Of a stretch of 64,000 bases of DNA, positions 51,488 to 61,796 are shown in pieces. A model generated the notes under the pieces. It worked only from the letters and a program-made list of their open reading frames with translations. It had not been told where the DNA came from and did no database searches. The stretch comes from an uncultured delta proteobacterium (lineage in GTDB: Bacteria > Desulfobacterota > BSN033 > UBA1163): positions 160,001 through 224,000 of the forward strand of contig CAVPSJ010000012.1 in NCBI GenBank assembly GCA_963708295.1. The letters are read 5' to 3'. The translations under genes and the position numbers were made by a program. The first letter of the stretch is position 1; every line of letters starts with the position of its first letter.

Positions 51488-53607
51488 CTATTTCCCCTTG
51501 AACAAACTCGGCTCTCCGGACCTTTTCACGATGCACGCAGGTGAATCAAAGCCAAGCGGCTGGAAAGGACGGGAACCCCCCTCATAAAACCGGCCAAAGA
51601 ATTCAACGAAGATGAGCCTCATGGAGTGCACAAATGCCCCAAGGACACTGATGCAGAAATTAAACAGATGACCGACCACGAGCACGATCAGAAAGAGGAT
51701 GAACCCGACGTAGGGTACCTCCCTGAGCATGCCTGCCATGAGGTTGAAGGTCATGGCCACGATGGAAGTCGTCAGACCGAGTGCCAGCAGACGGCAATAG
51801 GAAAGCGTATCGCCGATGAAAGCCGTGATGCCGTAGCTGCCCATGATGCCGTAGAGACTCACCAGGCCACCTGCCAACTTCCCGAATGGGCTTTTGAAGT
51901 CCCTGCCCTGAGTCAGCACGAGGCCAATGGCGCCGACGATAAAAAGCCAAAATCCCGTATTGAAAAGGGCGGCAGGGATATCGGTGAATATTTTCCCGAC
52001 CATCATCAAGAGACCGGTCAGGGTGACAATCCAGCAGACCCCGTCAGAGAATGCCCCCAGAAAGTCTCTATTTCTGAGGGCGCCGTACATCTTGAGGATA
52101 ATCCCGTAGAACTGGTTGCAGATTCCGATACCGAGTGCACAGAGAAGGGCAACGATGGTCTTGTCGATGGGATCGATCACCACGAACATCTCCTGCAGAC
52201 GCAGGAGAAAGTTGTCCTTCCCGAGGTAGTCAGGCTTGTAAAGATCACCGAACCACGAACCCGTGAGGGCGCCGAAGAGGATGCTGCTGATCCCTCCGTA
52301 GAGGAGGATACGTGAGAAGTTATTCAATCCTTGGTACGGTTTTGTCTTTGCCGCAAGATAGGCCCCCAAGGCTGTGAGCATGATCCCGTAGCACACGTCG
52401 CTGAAGCAGATACCGAAGAACAGGTAAAAGTTGACCTGCAGGAAGGGGGTGGGATCGAACGACTTGTACGGCGGAAGACCAAACATCTCCACGAGGAGTT
52501 GGATGGGCCTGAAGAGGTTCGGCACGGTGATACTCACCGGCACATCATCATCCGGACCGGGATCCTGGATCGTGACCTCGGAGTCCGGGAATTCCTGCCT
52601 CATGGTGGCGAGAAATCTCTCCGCATCCTTTTTGCGGATGTACCCGCCGATCACGTGGACCCACTTGCCCTGGACCCCCTTGGTGGAAGCGAGCTGGGTG
52701 TTCTTCATGTTCTGCCAGTAGGCCCTCAGAATGAGTAGAGAGCGCCGGCCTTCGCCGGCTCGATGACCTTGGGCGAGAGATTTCACTTTCTCGGCCACGT
52801 CATCCACTTTCTGTTTGTACTCGGCTAAATCAGACCGCAGTTCATCGATCCGTTCGGAGATCTTTCTCGGAAAGCTTGGGGAGCTGAATTTCATCGAATC
52901 CGATCGATGCCAGGTCCTTGCGGACGCCCTCACTGTCTTCCGCAAGAAAGGCAATCACCATGCGCACCCGCTCTTCCTCCCCTTTCGATGAGGGGCTTCC
53001 GCTCTGGGAGGGCCTGGTGACTCGTTTCCGGCTCACTCCGGGTTTGATTTCCTCCCATGCGGCTCGGTTCCATGGCTCCGTGCCCTCGTTGAGAAGGGTG
53101 AGATTCTTTCGGGGCAGGTTCCCAAACACAAGGCGTGTCTTCACGGGGCGAGTGGAAGTCAGCCATGTTAAAGGGTAGATCGCTCAAGGGATCGAGTTCC
53201 TTCAGCTCGTTTTCGATTTCGCTCGATCACCCGTTCGGCTGACCGGTACCTCTCATCCAGTTCACCCGCATCCCTGAACGTCTGTTCAAGGTCGAACTTG
53301 TCTATGACGGACTGGATCTCCTGCGGCGAGGTGACGAGCGGGACGGGCGCCAATCCTTGGACGAAACTCTGCTTCTCAGGAGAAAGGAGGTTCATGAGGT
53401 TCAGGATGAAGTCGATCTGGTGAAGTTTTTCATCCACCTCTTCCGTGCTCGTATCGCAGCGTTCGGAGAGAGGGCTCCCCTGACTCCTGGATGTCCTTGA
53501 GGTCGGTCACCTCCATGACCCCAAGACGATTGATTGTCTTCATCAGCCTGTCTGTTGGAATTTCTCGGACTGATCAGGGTCACCTTTTTAATGGGTTCAA
53601 TCGCCAT
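51488..53607 (-). CDS. V/A-type ATPase subunit I (several frameshifts)
   Basis: MAIEPIKKVTLI start; GLPPYKSFDPTP, DTLSYCRLLALGL, HSMRLIFVEFFGRFYEGG. Confidence 0.9.
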
Positions 53608-53610
53608 AGG

Positions 53611-53924
53611 TTATAGCTCGCTGAATTTCGTGACAATCTTGGTCAATCTGCTCTTTTAACGTGCTGCCTGCAATCTGATCGATGGCATTCAAAGCCTGGG
53701 CAAGATCCTTCTCCGCTTCGGCAACGGAGCGCTGATGCTTCTCCTCCATCTCTTTCTGAAAGGCTGAAGATTTTCTGTTCCGTTTCTTCAGCCAGTTTCC
53801 GGCGGTATGCCTCAGCCTCTGCGATGGCGGATTTCTCCAACTCTTTTGCCTCGGCACGGGCCTGTGCCACAATCGCATCGGCTTCCTTTTCCAAAGACAC
53901 AATATCTTCAACCAGAGTAGCCAT
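53611..53924 (-). CDS. V/A-type ATPase subunit G/H (frameshifted)
   Basis: LEKEADAIVAQARAEAKE coiled coil; first gene of the operon. Confidence 0.7.
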
Positions 53925-54101
53925 CCGGTCACCCTTCCTAAACCGTCAGCACAACCCATCCTTCAGCATCTTCCAGTGGATTTCAGAACGATACTTGAAC
54001 CACTCCGTGCAGTCTGCCAATTCTTTATTCGGCAAGAGGCTTTCGCACACAAACTAAGGCGCTCATATTACATAAAATGACTTAAAAATCAAATCCTTTT
54101 C

Positions 54102-54753
54102 CTATTTAATTTTCTGGATGTCTTTTTCTTTTCCAATCACGACTAAGACATCGCTGTCCTTGATCGTAAAGTCCGCACGGGGAACCATGGTCAATCGTTC
54201 CGGCAGCATCTCCCTCACGGCAATGACCTCAATATGGTATTTGCTTCTCAGGTGGAGCTCTCCGATCGTCTTTCCCATAAAACTTGGGGGAGGCGCTATC
54301 TCACAAATGGTGTAATCATCCGAAAGAGGAATATAATCAAGGACATTGGGGGAGATCAGGCTTCTGGCCACTTTGTCTGCCATCTCCCTCTCAGGAATGA
54401 TCACCTCTGTCGCTCCCACCTTTTCCAAGACATGCTTGTGGTCTTCATTGGGCGCCTTCACAATGATATGTCTTCACTTTCATCTCTTTAAGATGGAGGG
54501 TAATGAGCGTACTGGCAGCCAGGTCCTCGCCAAAAGAAATGATGACCACATCGTCCGGCTGGATGCCGATCGATTCGATCACCTCTTTGTCTGTGCCGTC
54601 GGCAAGAATGGCCTTCGTGGAGAAATCTCTGATTTTCTGAATGACCTCTTTATTCTTGTCAATGGCAATCACTTCAAACCCATTTTCGTAAAGATCTTTT
54701 GCGATATTAAATCCGAAGATCCCCAACCCGATCACCACCACTCGTTTCATCAA
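54102..54753 (-). CDS. TrkA/KtrA potassium uptake RCK subunit (frameshift near 54460)
   Basis: VIGLGIFG, IAIDKN, EKVGATEVIIPEREMA, DVLVVIG. Confidence 0.92.
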
Positions 54754-54789
54754 ACTCCCTCCATCTTCACCCGAAGCAGTTGTTATCTT

Positions 54790-54858
54790 CTGCCTATTGC
54801 CTTCTGCCTTATGTTTTTTGCCTTTTGCCTACTCCTCGCCCACTGCCTACTGCTACTT
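54790..54858. repeat. Degenerate heptamer repeat (TGCCTWY)
   Basis: Intergenic run of tgcctat/tgccttc/tgccttt/tgcctac units. Confidence 0.7.
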
Positions 54859-56238
54859 TTATCCCACCATGACCCCTTCCTCGGCGTAAGTCAACGTTCT
54901 TCGTCCGGTGTCTCGGGAGAGCGAGAAAGCGAGCGTCAGGGGCCCTACCCTTCCCACAAACATCATTAAAATGAGCGCATATTTCTGAAGATCATTCAGC
55001 TTCGGAGTGACCCCCATCGAAAGCCCCACCGTCCCGAAGGCCGAAACCGTATCAAAAAGGTATTCCACGAAATGGTGACGGCTCTCCAGCGGCGGAAGTT
55101 TTCCTCCTCCGGCGATCAGGAGAACAGAGGTAATGATAGCGATCGAAAAAGCGGACGCGAAAATGATCGAAATGGATCGGCTGACGATCTCCCTGGGAAT
55201 GGTCCGGTTGAAGATATTCAAATCGAGATTTCCCTTCAGCCGGTTCCACATGAGCATGACCAGAAGAGCGGCGCTGGTCGTCTTAACACCCCCACCCGTT
55301 GAACCTGGAGAGGCTCCGATGAACATGAGGACCATCATCAGGAGGATGGTCGCATTGGTCAGTAGTCCTATATCTACGGTATTGAATCCTGCTGTCCGGG
55401 GCGTGACCGACTGGAAGAAGGAAGTTAGGATTTTGGTCAGGACCGGAGCGTCTTTAATGATATGGTTTCTTTCAAACAGATAAAATAAGAGGGCACCAGA
55501 GAGAATGAGGAGGGTGGTACTGATAAGCACGATTTTTGAATGGACAGAAAGCTTTTTTTGTGTCCCTTTGAACCAGGAAAGCACTTCGTACTGGACGATA
55601 AAACCGATCCCTCCGTGAACGATCAAGCCCATGACGGTCAGATTGACGATGAGATCTCCCTGATACCCCATCAGGTTGTCGGAAAAGAGAGAGTACCCGC
55701 AGTTATTGAAAGCGGAAATCGCATTATAGACGGCATGATAAAGGGCTATCCCGGTGGGAAAATCCATGGAAAACCGGATGAAGAGAAAGAGGGTTCCGAG
55801 GGCTTCCGTGACGAACGTAAACCAGAGGACCATCTTGGCAATCACGATGAAATCCGTTCGAGGGGTGTGGAGAAAGGTTGATTGAACAATCTCTCTTCCC
55901 TTGAAAGAAATTCCTCGACCCATTAAGACGAAGAAAACCGTGGAGAAGGTGATGATACCCAGCCCACCGATTTGAAAAAGGAAGATCGTGATCACCTGAC
56001 CCCATAGGCTTAGGTCTTTTCCGATGTCGATGACGACGAGGCCCGTTACGCAGACGGCAGAGGTAGACGAGAAGAGAGCATCCACAAAACGGAGAGGCTC
56101 CTTTGAGGCTGAAAAAGGAAAACAAAGGAGAATTCCTCCTGTCAGGATCACCGCGGCAAAACTGAGGACAAAGATCCTGGTCGGGGAAAGGTATCTCGAA
56201 AAGAAGTTTTTAACTCGGATGCGAATCTCTATCGGCAT
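54859..56238 (-). CDS. TrkH/KtrB potassium uptake membrane subunit
   Basis: SAVCVTGL, SAFNNCGY, PRTAGFN, GSTGGGVKT, SAFGTVGLS, GRVGPLT. Confidence 0.95.
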   Translation of the reverse strand: MPIEIRIRVKNFFSRYLSPTRIFVLSFAAVILTGGILLCFPFSASKEPLRFVDALFSSTSAVCVTGLVVIDIGKDLSLWGQVITIFLFQIGGLGIITFSTVFFVLMGRGISFKGREIVQSTFLHTPRTDFIVIAKMVLWFTFVTEALGTLFLFIRFSMDFPTGIALYHAVYNAISAFNNCGYSLFSDNLMGYQGDLIVNLTVMGLIVHGGIGFIVQYEVLSWFKGTQKKLSVHSKIVLISTTLLILSGALLFYLFERNHIIKDAPVLTKILTSFFQSVTPRTAGFNTVDIGLLTNATILLMMVLMFIGASPGSTGGGVKTTSAALLVMLMWNRLKGNLDLNIFNRTIPREIVSRSISIIFASAFSIAIITSVLLIAGGGKLPPLESRHHFVEYLFDTVSAFGTVGLSMGVTPKLNDLQKYALILMMFVGRVGPLTLAFSLSRDTGRRTLTYAEEGVMVG

Positions 56239-56314
56239 GGATATTATTAGGAACCTTCCAATTTTAAACAAATTGACCACCCCATATTACATGAAATTTT
56301 ACAAAAATCAACCC

Positions 56315-56435
56315 GTTCGGCTCACCCGCTCGACTCGCGGGTCTGTCCCTCGACTTCGTTCGGGAAACGGCCTAAGGGGGATGAGCCGTTCAATAGACTC
56401 AAGGCCATGAGCCTGTCGAAAGGCTTGTCGATGGA
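56315..56435. repeat. Degenerate palindromic REP-like cluster (TGAGCCTGTCGAA type)
   Basis: ggctcacc/gatgagcc and agactcaaggccatgagcctgtcgaa self-complementary blocks. Confidence 0.4.
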
Positions 56436-56506
56436 AGCAGGGGTTTGGTACCGTCGAACGTATCGAACTCCACGCTCTTGCGGGTGTCGCACCTCACATT
56501 TCACAT

Positions 56507-56537
56507 AAAAAAGGCAGGAACATCCTTCCTCCTGCCT
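56507..56537 (-). terminator. Intrinsic terminator ending the microprotein cluster
   Basis: Minus strand AGGCAGGA-loop-TCCTGCCT followed by a T run. Confidence 0.7.
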
Positions 56538-56650
56538 CGTTCTTCAACAGCGGATTGTTGGTTTCTCTTATTGAAAACTGCCAACTTCTTGGAATTGCCG
56601 GATACAGCTTCGCCCCTGCGTCGAAAGGGGAACGGGGTCGACATTGGGTC

Positions 56651-56755
56651 TTAGGGTCTCAAAAAAAATACAAACCCTATCACCAATGCGACCGCTATCG
56701 CAATGACTACCACCCAGACCCAAATTGAAGCACCAGCTTCTTTCTTTTCTTCCAT
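56651..56755 (-). CDS. 34-aa single-pass membrane microprotein
   Basis: AAGGAGGTGA RBS; MEEKKEAGASIWVWVVVIAIAVALVIGFVFFLRP*. Confidence 0.7.
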   Translation of the reverse strand: MEEKKEAGASIWVWVVVIAIAVALVIGFVFFLRP

Positions 56756-56859
56756 CTCCGTCACCTCCTTCAAAAAATGAGGATCGTGCCATGTCAGGAG
56801 TAGGCTGACCTTCCATTCTTACAACGGATGAACGATCTGGGGCACCTCAAGACCATCGA

Positions 56860-57111
56860 TTAATAATTCTCCAGGTTTCTTAATAAGGTTTTCAGCTTAT
56901 CGGGGATAGAGTTCTCCTTGGGGTTAGTCTCTCCAATCTCCCCTTCAGTAATTTGAACCGGCATGATTAATTTATTATCCTTTGTAAGAAATTGAACCTT
57001 ATAGTTTCTATATTTGTAATCAATCACTTTACACTTAATACATCCATTTAAATGCATGATTGCCCAATCCAATATTTCTTGAGCCTCTCTTATCTTTTCA
57101 CCCTCGTCCAT
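56860..57111 (-). CDS. Hypothetical soluble protein (83 aa)
   Basis: GAGGAGG RBS; no recognised motif. Confidence 0.65.
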   Translation of the reverse strand: MDEGEKIREAQEILDWAIMHLNGCIKCKVIDYKYRNYKVQFLTKDNKLIMPVQITEGEIGETNPKENSIPDKLKTLLRNLENY

Positions 57112-57375
57112 ATTAACGCCTCCTCTTTTGCAACTCCATTGTCCTCCCTGCCTATAACTCCATATGAATCTTTTTTTCTTTCCTTTCAGTTATAAAACCG
57201 AAGATAGCGGATCAAGGTGGCTATGCCCAAGGTTATGACCGAAACAATCGCCCCGGGCTAGTATTGGTTCATGAATGACATAGGCGGTCGTAAGTAATTG
57301 GCAAAACCGAAGATTGTTCAGGAGTCATTACAAAGGAATCGACCCTACTCATCTTGTTTCATACTGTTCTCTCTA

Positions 57376-57567
57376 TTAAGATTGACTCTGAGTTGACGGG
57401 CCCTTATCCATTGTTTTTCCGAAGTGTGCCAATGCCCAAATCATCCCCACACCCGACATAATCACAAGCGCAAATATAATGGTGGGGTGCACGGGCAGGT
57501 GCCTAATCACCGTCCATGCTACGAAATTGCCAATGATCGGCCCAGCCACAGCTAACACTTGTTTCAT
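57376..57567 (-). CDS. 63-aa two-TM membrane microprotein
   Basis: AAGGAGG RBS; paralogous to 58411-58719. Confidence 0.75.
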   Translation of the reverse strand: MKQVLAVAGPIIGNFVAWTVIRHLPVHPTIIFALVIMSGVGMIWALAHFGKTMDKGPSTQSQS

Positions 57568-57789
57568 CTTTCCCTCCTTCCATAAGTTGACTCACAAAGT
57601 CTTGGTTCTTAAAAAAACAAGATTCCATTGCCATAGATGAAACACCCTTCCAGCGGTGTCGTGATCACTCCGATAGATGCAGGCACCCCTATCCAGAGTG
57701 CGTCACCTTCTGGTAAAGCATAAAGGTAAGGAATAGAGAATTTCCGCTCCAGATAATTGCATCAAGGGTTTTCTTGCCTTTTTCAGATC

Positions 57790-57873
57790 CTACAACTTCT
57801 TCACCGCACGCCCCATGAAGAAAATAACCCCTATCATGATGAGTGCTGCCACTATAATCCCTAGCGTAAACAT
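57790..57873 (-). CDS. 27-aa single-pass membrane microprotein
   Basis: GGGAGG RBS; MFTLGIIVAALIMIGVIFFMGRAVKKL*. Confidence 0.65.
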   Translation of the reverse strand: MFTLGIIVAALIMIGVIFFMGRAVKKL

Positions 57874-57952
57874 AAGACCTCCCTGTTTCGTGCACTAGAT
57901 TTCATGGTGTCAAAAATATGCCACACCCTATATCCTTTTCGCATTCACTCGT

Positions 57953-58387
57953 TTACTTCACGGAGAACACCTTCGAAGTCCCGCGGTATTTAGATCTCAA
58001 CTGGGAAAAAACCCGTACCTTACAATGTTTCGAATCCACCTTAGGAACATTCCAAATATACTTCCCAGAATTGGGCACATTTTCCCCAACGTTCTGCCAC
58101 GACTTCCCCCCATCTTTTGAGAACTCAACGGTCACCATCGCCCCAAATTCGGATTCCGCCGGTTCCGATTTCCAGAGGACCTCATACGAATCTTCTGCTT
58201 TGACGACATCATTTGCCTTTGGACTCAGAATCATGACCCCTTTATCTGGCTTAGCGGTTAGAATGCTGACCACGAAAATGATTGCAACGATAGCAATCAA
58301 GACCAGCATGAATCCCCCCATCGTCAAAAAAGTATAGAATTTGCTCCAAAATCCCCGCTTCATTTCTTTCGGCTCCGCTGCTGCCAT
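57953..58387 (-). CDS. Membrane-anchored protein with a periplasmic Ig-like domain
   Basis: AAGGAGG RBS; TM then ILSPK..YEVLW..VEFSKDGGKSW..NSGKYIWNVP..S..F. Confidence 0.75.
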   Translation of the reverse strand: MAAAEPKEMKRGFWSKFYTFLTMGGFMLVLIAIVAIIFVVSILTAKPDKGVMILSPKANDVVKAEDSYEVLWKSEPAESEFGAMVTVEFSKDGGKSWQNVGENVPNSGKYIWNVPKVDSKHCKVRVFSQLRSKYRGTSKVFSVK

Positions 58388-58410
58388 TATTTCCTCCTTC
58401 CTGGATGAGT

Positions 58411-58719
58411 TTAATTGGCTCTTGTTAAGTATCCTTCAAAAAGAATGAATTCAGGATTCTGGTCAAAGGCTTCCTGTCCTGTTACAGCGATACTCCCTCT
58501 GTTGAGCTTCTGTCTAGTAAAGGATTTTGGCAAAATTGGCTCTAAGTTTGACGGGTTCTTATTCGTTCTTGCAAAATGTGACAATGCCCAAATCATTAAC
58601 AATCCTCATGTGATTACCAGCGCAAAGATGATGAGAGAGTGCACAGGCAACAGAGTGATCAACGCCCATGCAACAAAATTGCCTACGACTGGCACAGCGA
58701 CACTTAAGAATTGTCTCAT
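58411..58719 (-). pseudogene. Paralog of the 63-aa membrane microprotein with in-frame TGA at codon 38
   Basis: MRQFLSVAVPVVGNFVAWALITLLPVHSLIIFALVIT*GLLMIWALSHF aligns throughout with 57376-57567. Confidence 0.7.
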
Positions 58720-58777
58720 CGTTTCCCCCTTCCATCAGTTGATTCAAAAAAAAGAAAGATTTCGCGGCCGTCTTGCA

Positions 58778-58877
58778 CTCCAATAAAAAAGCCGCTACCC
58801 GAAGTTCTATCTTCGGATAGCGGCCCGACTATCCAGTGCTTTAACCTCCAGAAATAACAAAACGTATTTCTGGACCC
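58778..58877 (-). ncRNA. Riboswitch-like leader, copy 2, with intrinsic terminator (resembles Na+/Li+ DUF1646/nhaA-I class)
   Basis: GGGUCCAGAAAUA-loop-UAUUUCUGGAGGUUAAAGCACUGGAUAGUCGGGCCGC then terminator GCCGCUAUCCGAAG/CUUCGGGUAGCGGC-UUUUUU. Confidence 0.65.
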
Positions 58878-58945
58878 CTGTCATATCCTTTAACAAAATG
58901 ACTTACTCAAAGATGTCTTATCTTTTTTTCTTATGCTACAACCAC

Positions 58946-59044
58946 CTCCAATAAAAAAGCCGCTACCCGAAGTTTTATCTTCGGATAGCGGCCCGACTAT
59001 CCAGCCTCTTAACCTCCAGAAATATTTGATATACTTCTGGACCC
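58946..59044 (-). ncRNA. Riboswitch-like leader, copy 1, with intrinsic terminator
   Basis: Near-identical to 58778-58877; differences are confined to loops/linker and one A-U to G-U change. Confidence 0.65.
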
Positions 59045-59238
59045 AAAAAGAACCCTACGTTCGATATGATGGATACGATGTAGTTATCAAACTATTCCAT
59101 GAATGTCAAGGATTTTTTCTTACCCGATCGCCTCGATCGAAGAAATGATCCTCCAAAGAAAGGCTTGTCTTTTTCTGAGAAAATTATATGATGATTTCTA
59201 TCAACAAACCTCGTCGAGGGAATAAAAAATCAATCGGT

Positions 59239-61085
59239 ATGATTCGATCGCTTCGCAAAAAAATCTTCATTGGATACGGCATCGCCCTGGCTTTGATGGT
59301 TGTGGTCTTTGTTTGGGCCCTGGTCCATCTGCTCGACCTCGGTGAAGCGAGCGATGCTATTTTGAGAGAAAACTATAAAAGCATTCTTGCCGCTGAAAAT
59401 ATGGTCTATGCCATCGAGCGACAGGACAGTGCAACCCTGCTTCTCTTTCTAGGGTACGAGGAGCAAGGCAGGAGACAGTTCCGCGAGAATGAGAGCCTCT
59501 TTTTCCAATGGTTGGCCCGGGCAAAGGATAATATTACCGTCGAAGGGGAGGAAAGAATTGTCAGCACCATTGAAAAAGAATACTCGACCTATCTGCAGCA
59601 TATCTCCGGACTTCCACCTGTCTCCAAGTCCAATCTGCAGAAAAGTGCAGCCTTTTATCACGAAACCATACTCCCCTCGTTTATTTCTGTCCGGGATGCA
59701 TGTATTCGTCTCCGTGAGATCAACCAGGAAACGATGTTTAAGGCCAGCGAACGGGCTCGCCACGTCGCAAAGAGAGCGATCTGGTCGATGGTCATTATCG
59801 GCAGCGCGGCCGTGGGGATCGGACTGGGATTCAGCCTTCTGCTTTCAAATCTTCTCGTCAAACCGGTTCGGCGCATGATGGAAGCGACGCAAAAGATTTC
59901 CGAGGGAAATTATGACGTGGAAATTTCAGTCGCATCCTCTGACGAATTGGGCGATTTGACATCCGACTTTAATCAAGATGGCCAAAAAGTTGAAAGCCTA
60001 TCACGACCTGAATATCGATCAAATCTTGGCAGAGAAACGAAAGAGCGATGCGATTATTCGAAGTATCGATGACGGAATTGTCGTTGTCGACAAGGAACTC
60101 AAGGTGACCGGGATCAATCCAACAGCGGCAAGAGCACTTAGCATTGAACCGGATCAGGTACAGAACAAGCATTTTCTTGAGGTGGTCAAGAATGAAATGT
60201 TGTTCAATTATGTGAAGCAGTCCGTTGAAACGGGCCAGCCTCCTTCCATCGAAGAGAGGAAGACGATTTTCACGATCGAAGAGGGAGAGAAACAACGGCA
60301 CTACCAATTTTCGATTACACCGGTGCATGGGAAGCCCGGGTCTTTGTTGGGGGTTGTCTTGCTTTTGCGTGATGTGACCCGCCTGACGGAATTGGACCGT
60401 CTCAAAAGCGAATTTGTCATGATGGCTTCGCATGAATTGCGAACCCCTTTAACGAGCATCGGCATGAGCATCAAGCTCCTTCTCGAAAAAACCATGGAGA
60501 AACTCGACGGGAAAGAGCAGCAGCTTCTTTTGGCCGCTCATGAGGACCTGCAAAGGCTTAAAAACCTTGTGAACAACTTATTGGATCTTTCGAAAATTGA
60601 AGCAGGAAAGATGGCGATGGAGTTTGAAAACATTTCTGTTGATAGCCTCTGCCAGAACGCAATGGGTGTTTTAAAGAACCAAATCGATGCAAAAGGAGTC
60701 AACGTGACTTTGGATTTACACCCCCATCTCCCCAACGTCAAAGCAGATGCCAATAAGATCATCTGGGTGTTGACCAACCTGATCTCCAACGCCCTGCGTT
60801 ACACTGACAGCGGAGGACAGATTCGCCTTTCTGCCGAGCGGATCGGCCCCTACATTCATGTCTCAGTCAGTCGACAACGGGCCAGGGATTCCGTTTGAAG
60901 TTCAATCCAAGATCTTTGACAAATTTGTTCAGATCAAAAGCGACAAGGCCCTTGGAGGAAGTGGTCTCGGATTAACCATCTGCAAAGAGATTATTCGTGC
61001 TCATGGCGGTACGATATGGGTAGATTCAACCCCGGGAGAAGGAAGTACCTTTACCTTCACGCTCCCGATCGTAGAAAAATCCTAA
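59239..61085 (+). CDS. Sensor histidine kinase (periplasmic four-helix sensor, HAMP, PAS, HisKA, HATPase), frameshifted twice
   Basis: ILRENYKSI, SSDELG, SIDDGIVVVD, ASHELRTPLTSI, NLISNALRYT, DNGPGIP, GSGLGL. Confidence 0.88.
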
Positions 61086-61097
61086 AAGAGGTGCTCC

Positions 61098-61791
61098 ATG
61101 ATAAACAAATCCATTTTGATCGTAGATGATGAAAAAAATATTCGCCTGACTCTTTCACAAGCCCTGGAGACCTTGGGTGCAGAGATCGATACGGCAGCAA
61201 ATGGAGAAGAGGCCTTAACAAAGCTCAAAGAGAAGGAAGTTTGGTTTGATCCTTTTGGATATCCGAATGCCGGGAATGGATGGGATGGAAGTTCTTCGTC
61301 GAGTTCGCGAGATCCGGCCCGATATCCGTGTCATCATGATCACGGCCTACGGGACGGTTGAATCGGCAGTCGAAGCGATGAAACTGGGTGCGGTAGACTT
61401 CCTCCAGAAACCATTCGATCCTGAAGAGATTCGGGAATTAGTATCACGGGTGATGGACAGAGAAAAGCTCGATGAGCATAAACTCGCAGATTATGCATCT
61501 CACCTCGAACTTGCAAAGAAATGCATCGGAGATCGTCATTTCGATGCAGCCCTCGAACATGTGCGCAAGGCTGTCTTTATCGATCCCGGACGACCGGAAG
61601 CCTTTAATCTTCTGGGTGCTCTGATGGAGATCCAAGGGGACAGAGCCGAAGCCCAGAAGAACTACCGGGCGGCCCTTTCGCTTGATCCCTCCTATGAACC
61701 CGCCATCCAGAACCTCCATCGATCAACCACCGGAAAATGGAGACAGGCAGGAGGAATTCTTCTCGAGGAGCCTAAAAAGGAAGAAAAATAG
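61098..61791 (+). CDS. Response regulator, REC + TPR, no DNA-binding domain (frameshift near 61240)
   Basis: ILIVDDEKNIR, LLDIRMPGMDG, MITAYG, FLQKPF; PEAFNLLG..AQKNYRAALSLDP TPR. Confidence 0.88.
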
Positions 61792-61796
61792 ATGGT

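Noticed and set aside
57187-57280. Additional microprotein MSFMNQY*PGAIVSVITLGIATLIRYLRFYN on the minus strand
   Set aside because: Internal TAG and no clear RBS; may be a decayed peptide gene but cannot be supported.
58606-58608. In-frame TGA in the membrane microprotein as selenocysteine
   Set aside because: Aligns to Ser, not Cys, in the paralog; no downstream hairpin seen; TCA>TGA is more parsimonious.
58778-59044. Tandem repeat as a CRISPR array or c-di-AMP (ydaO) riboswitch
   Set aside because: Only two ~100-nt units and no cas genes. It lacks the GCUGAA..GGGGGA..GUCAGCUAAC features of ydaO despite the K+ context.
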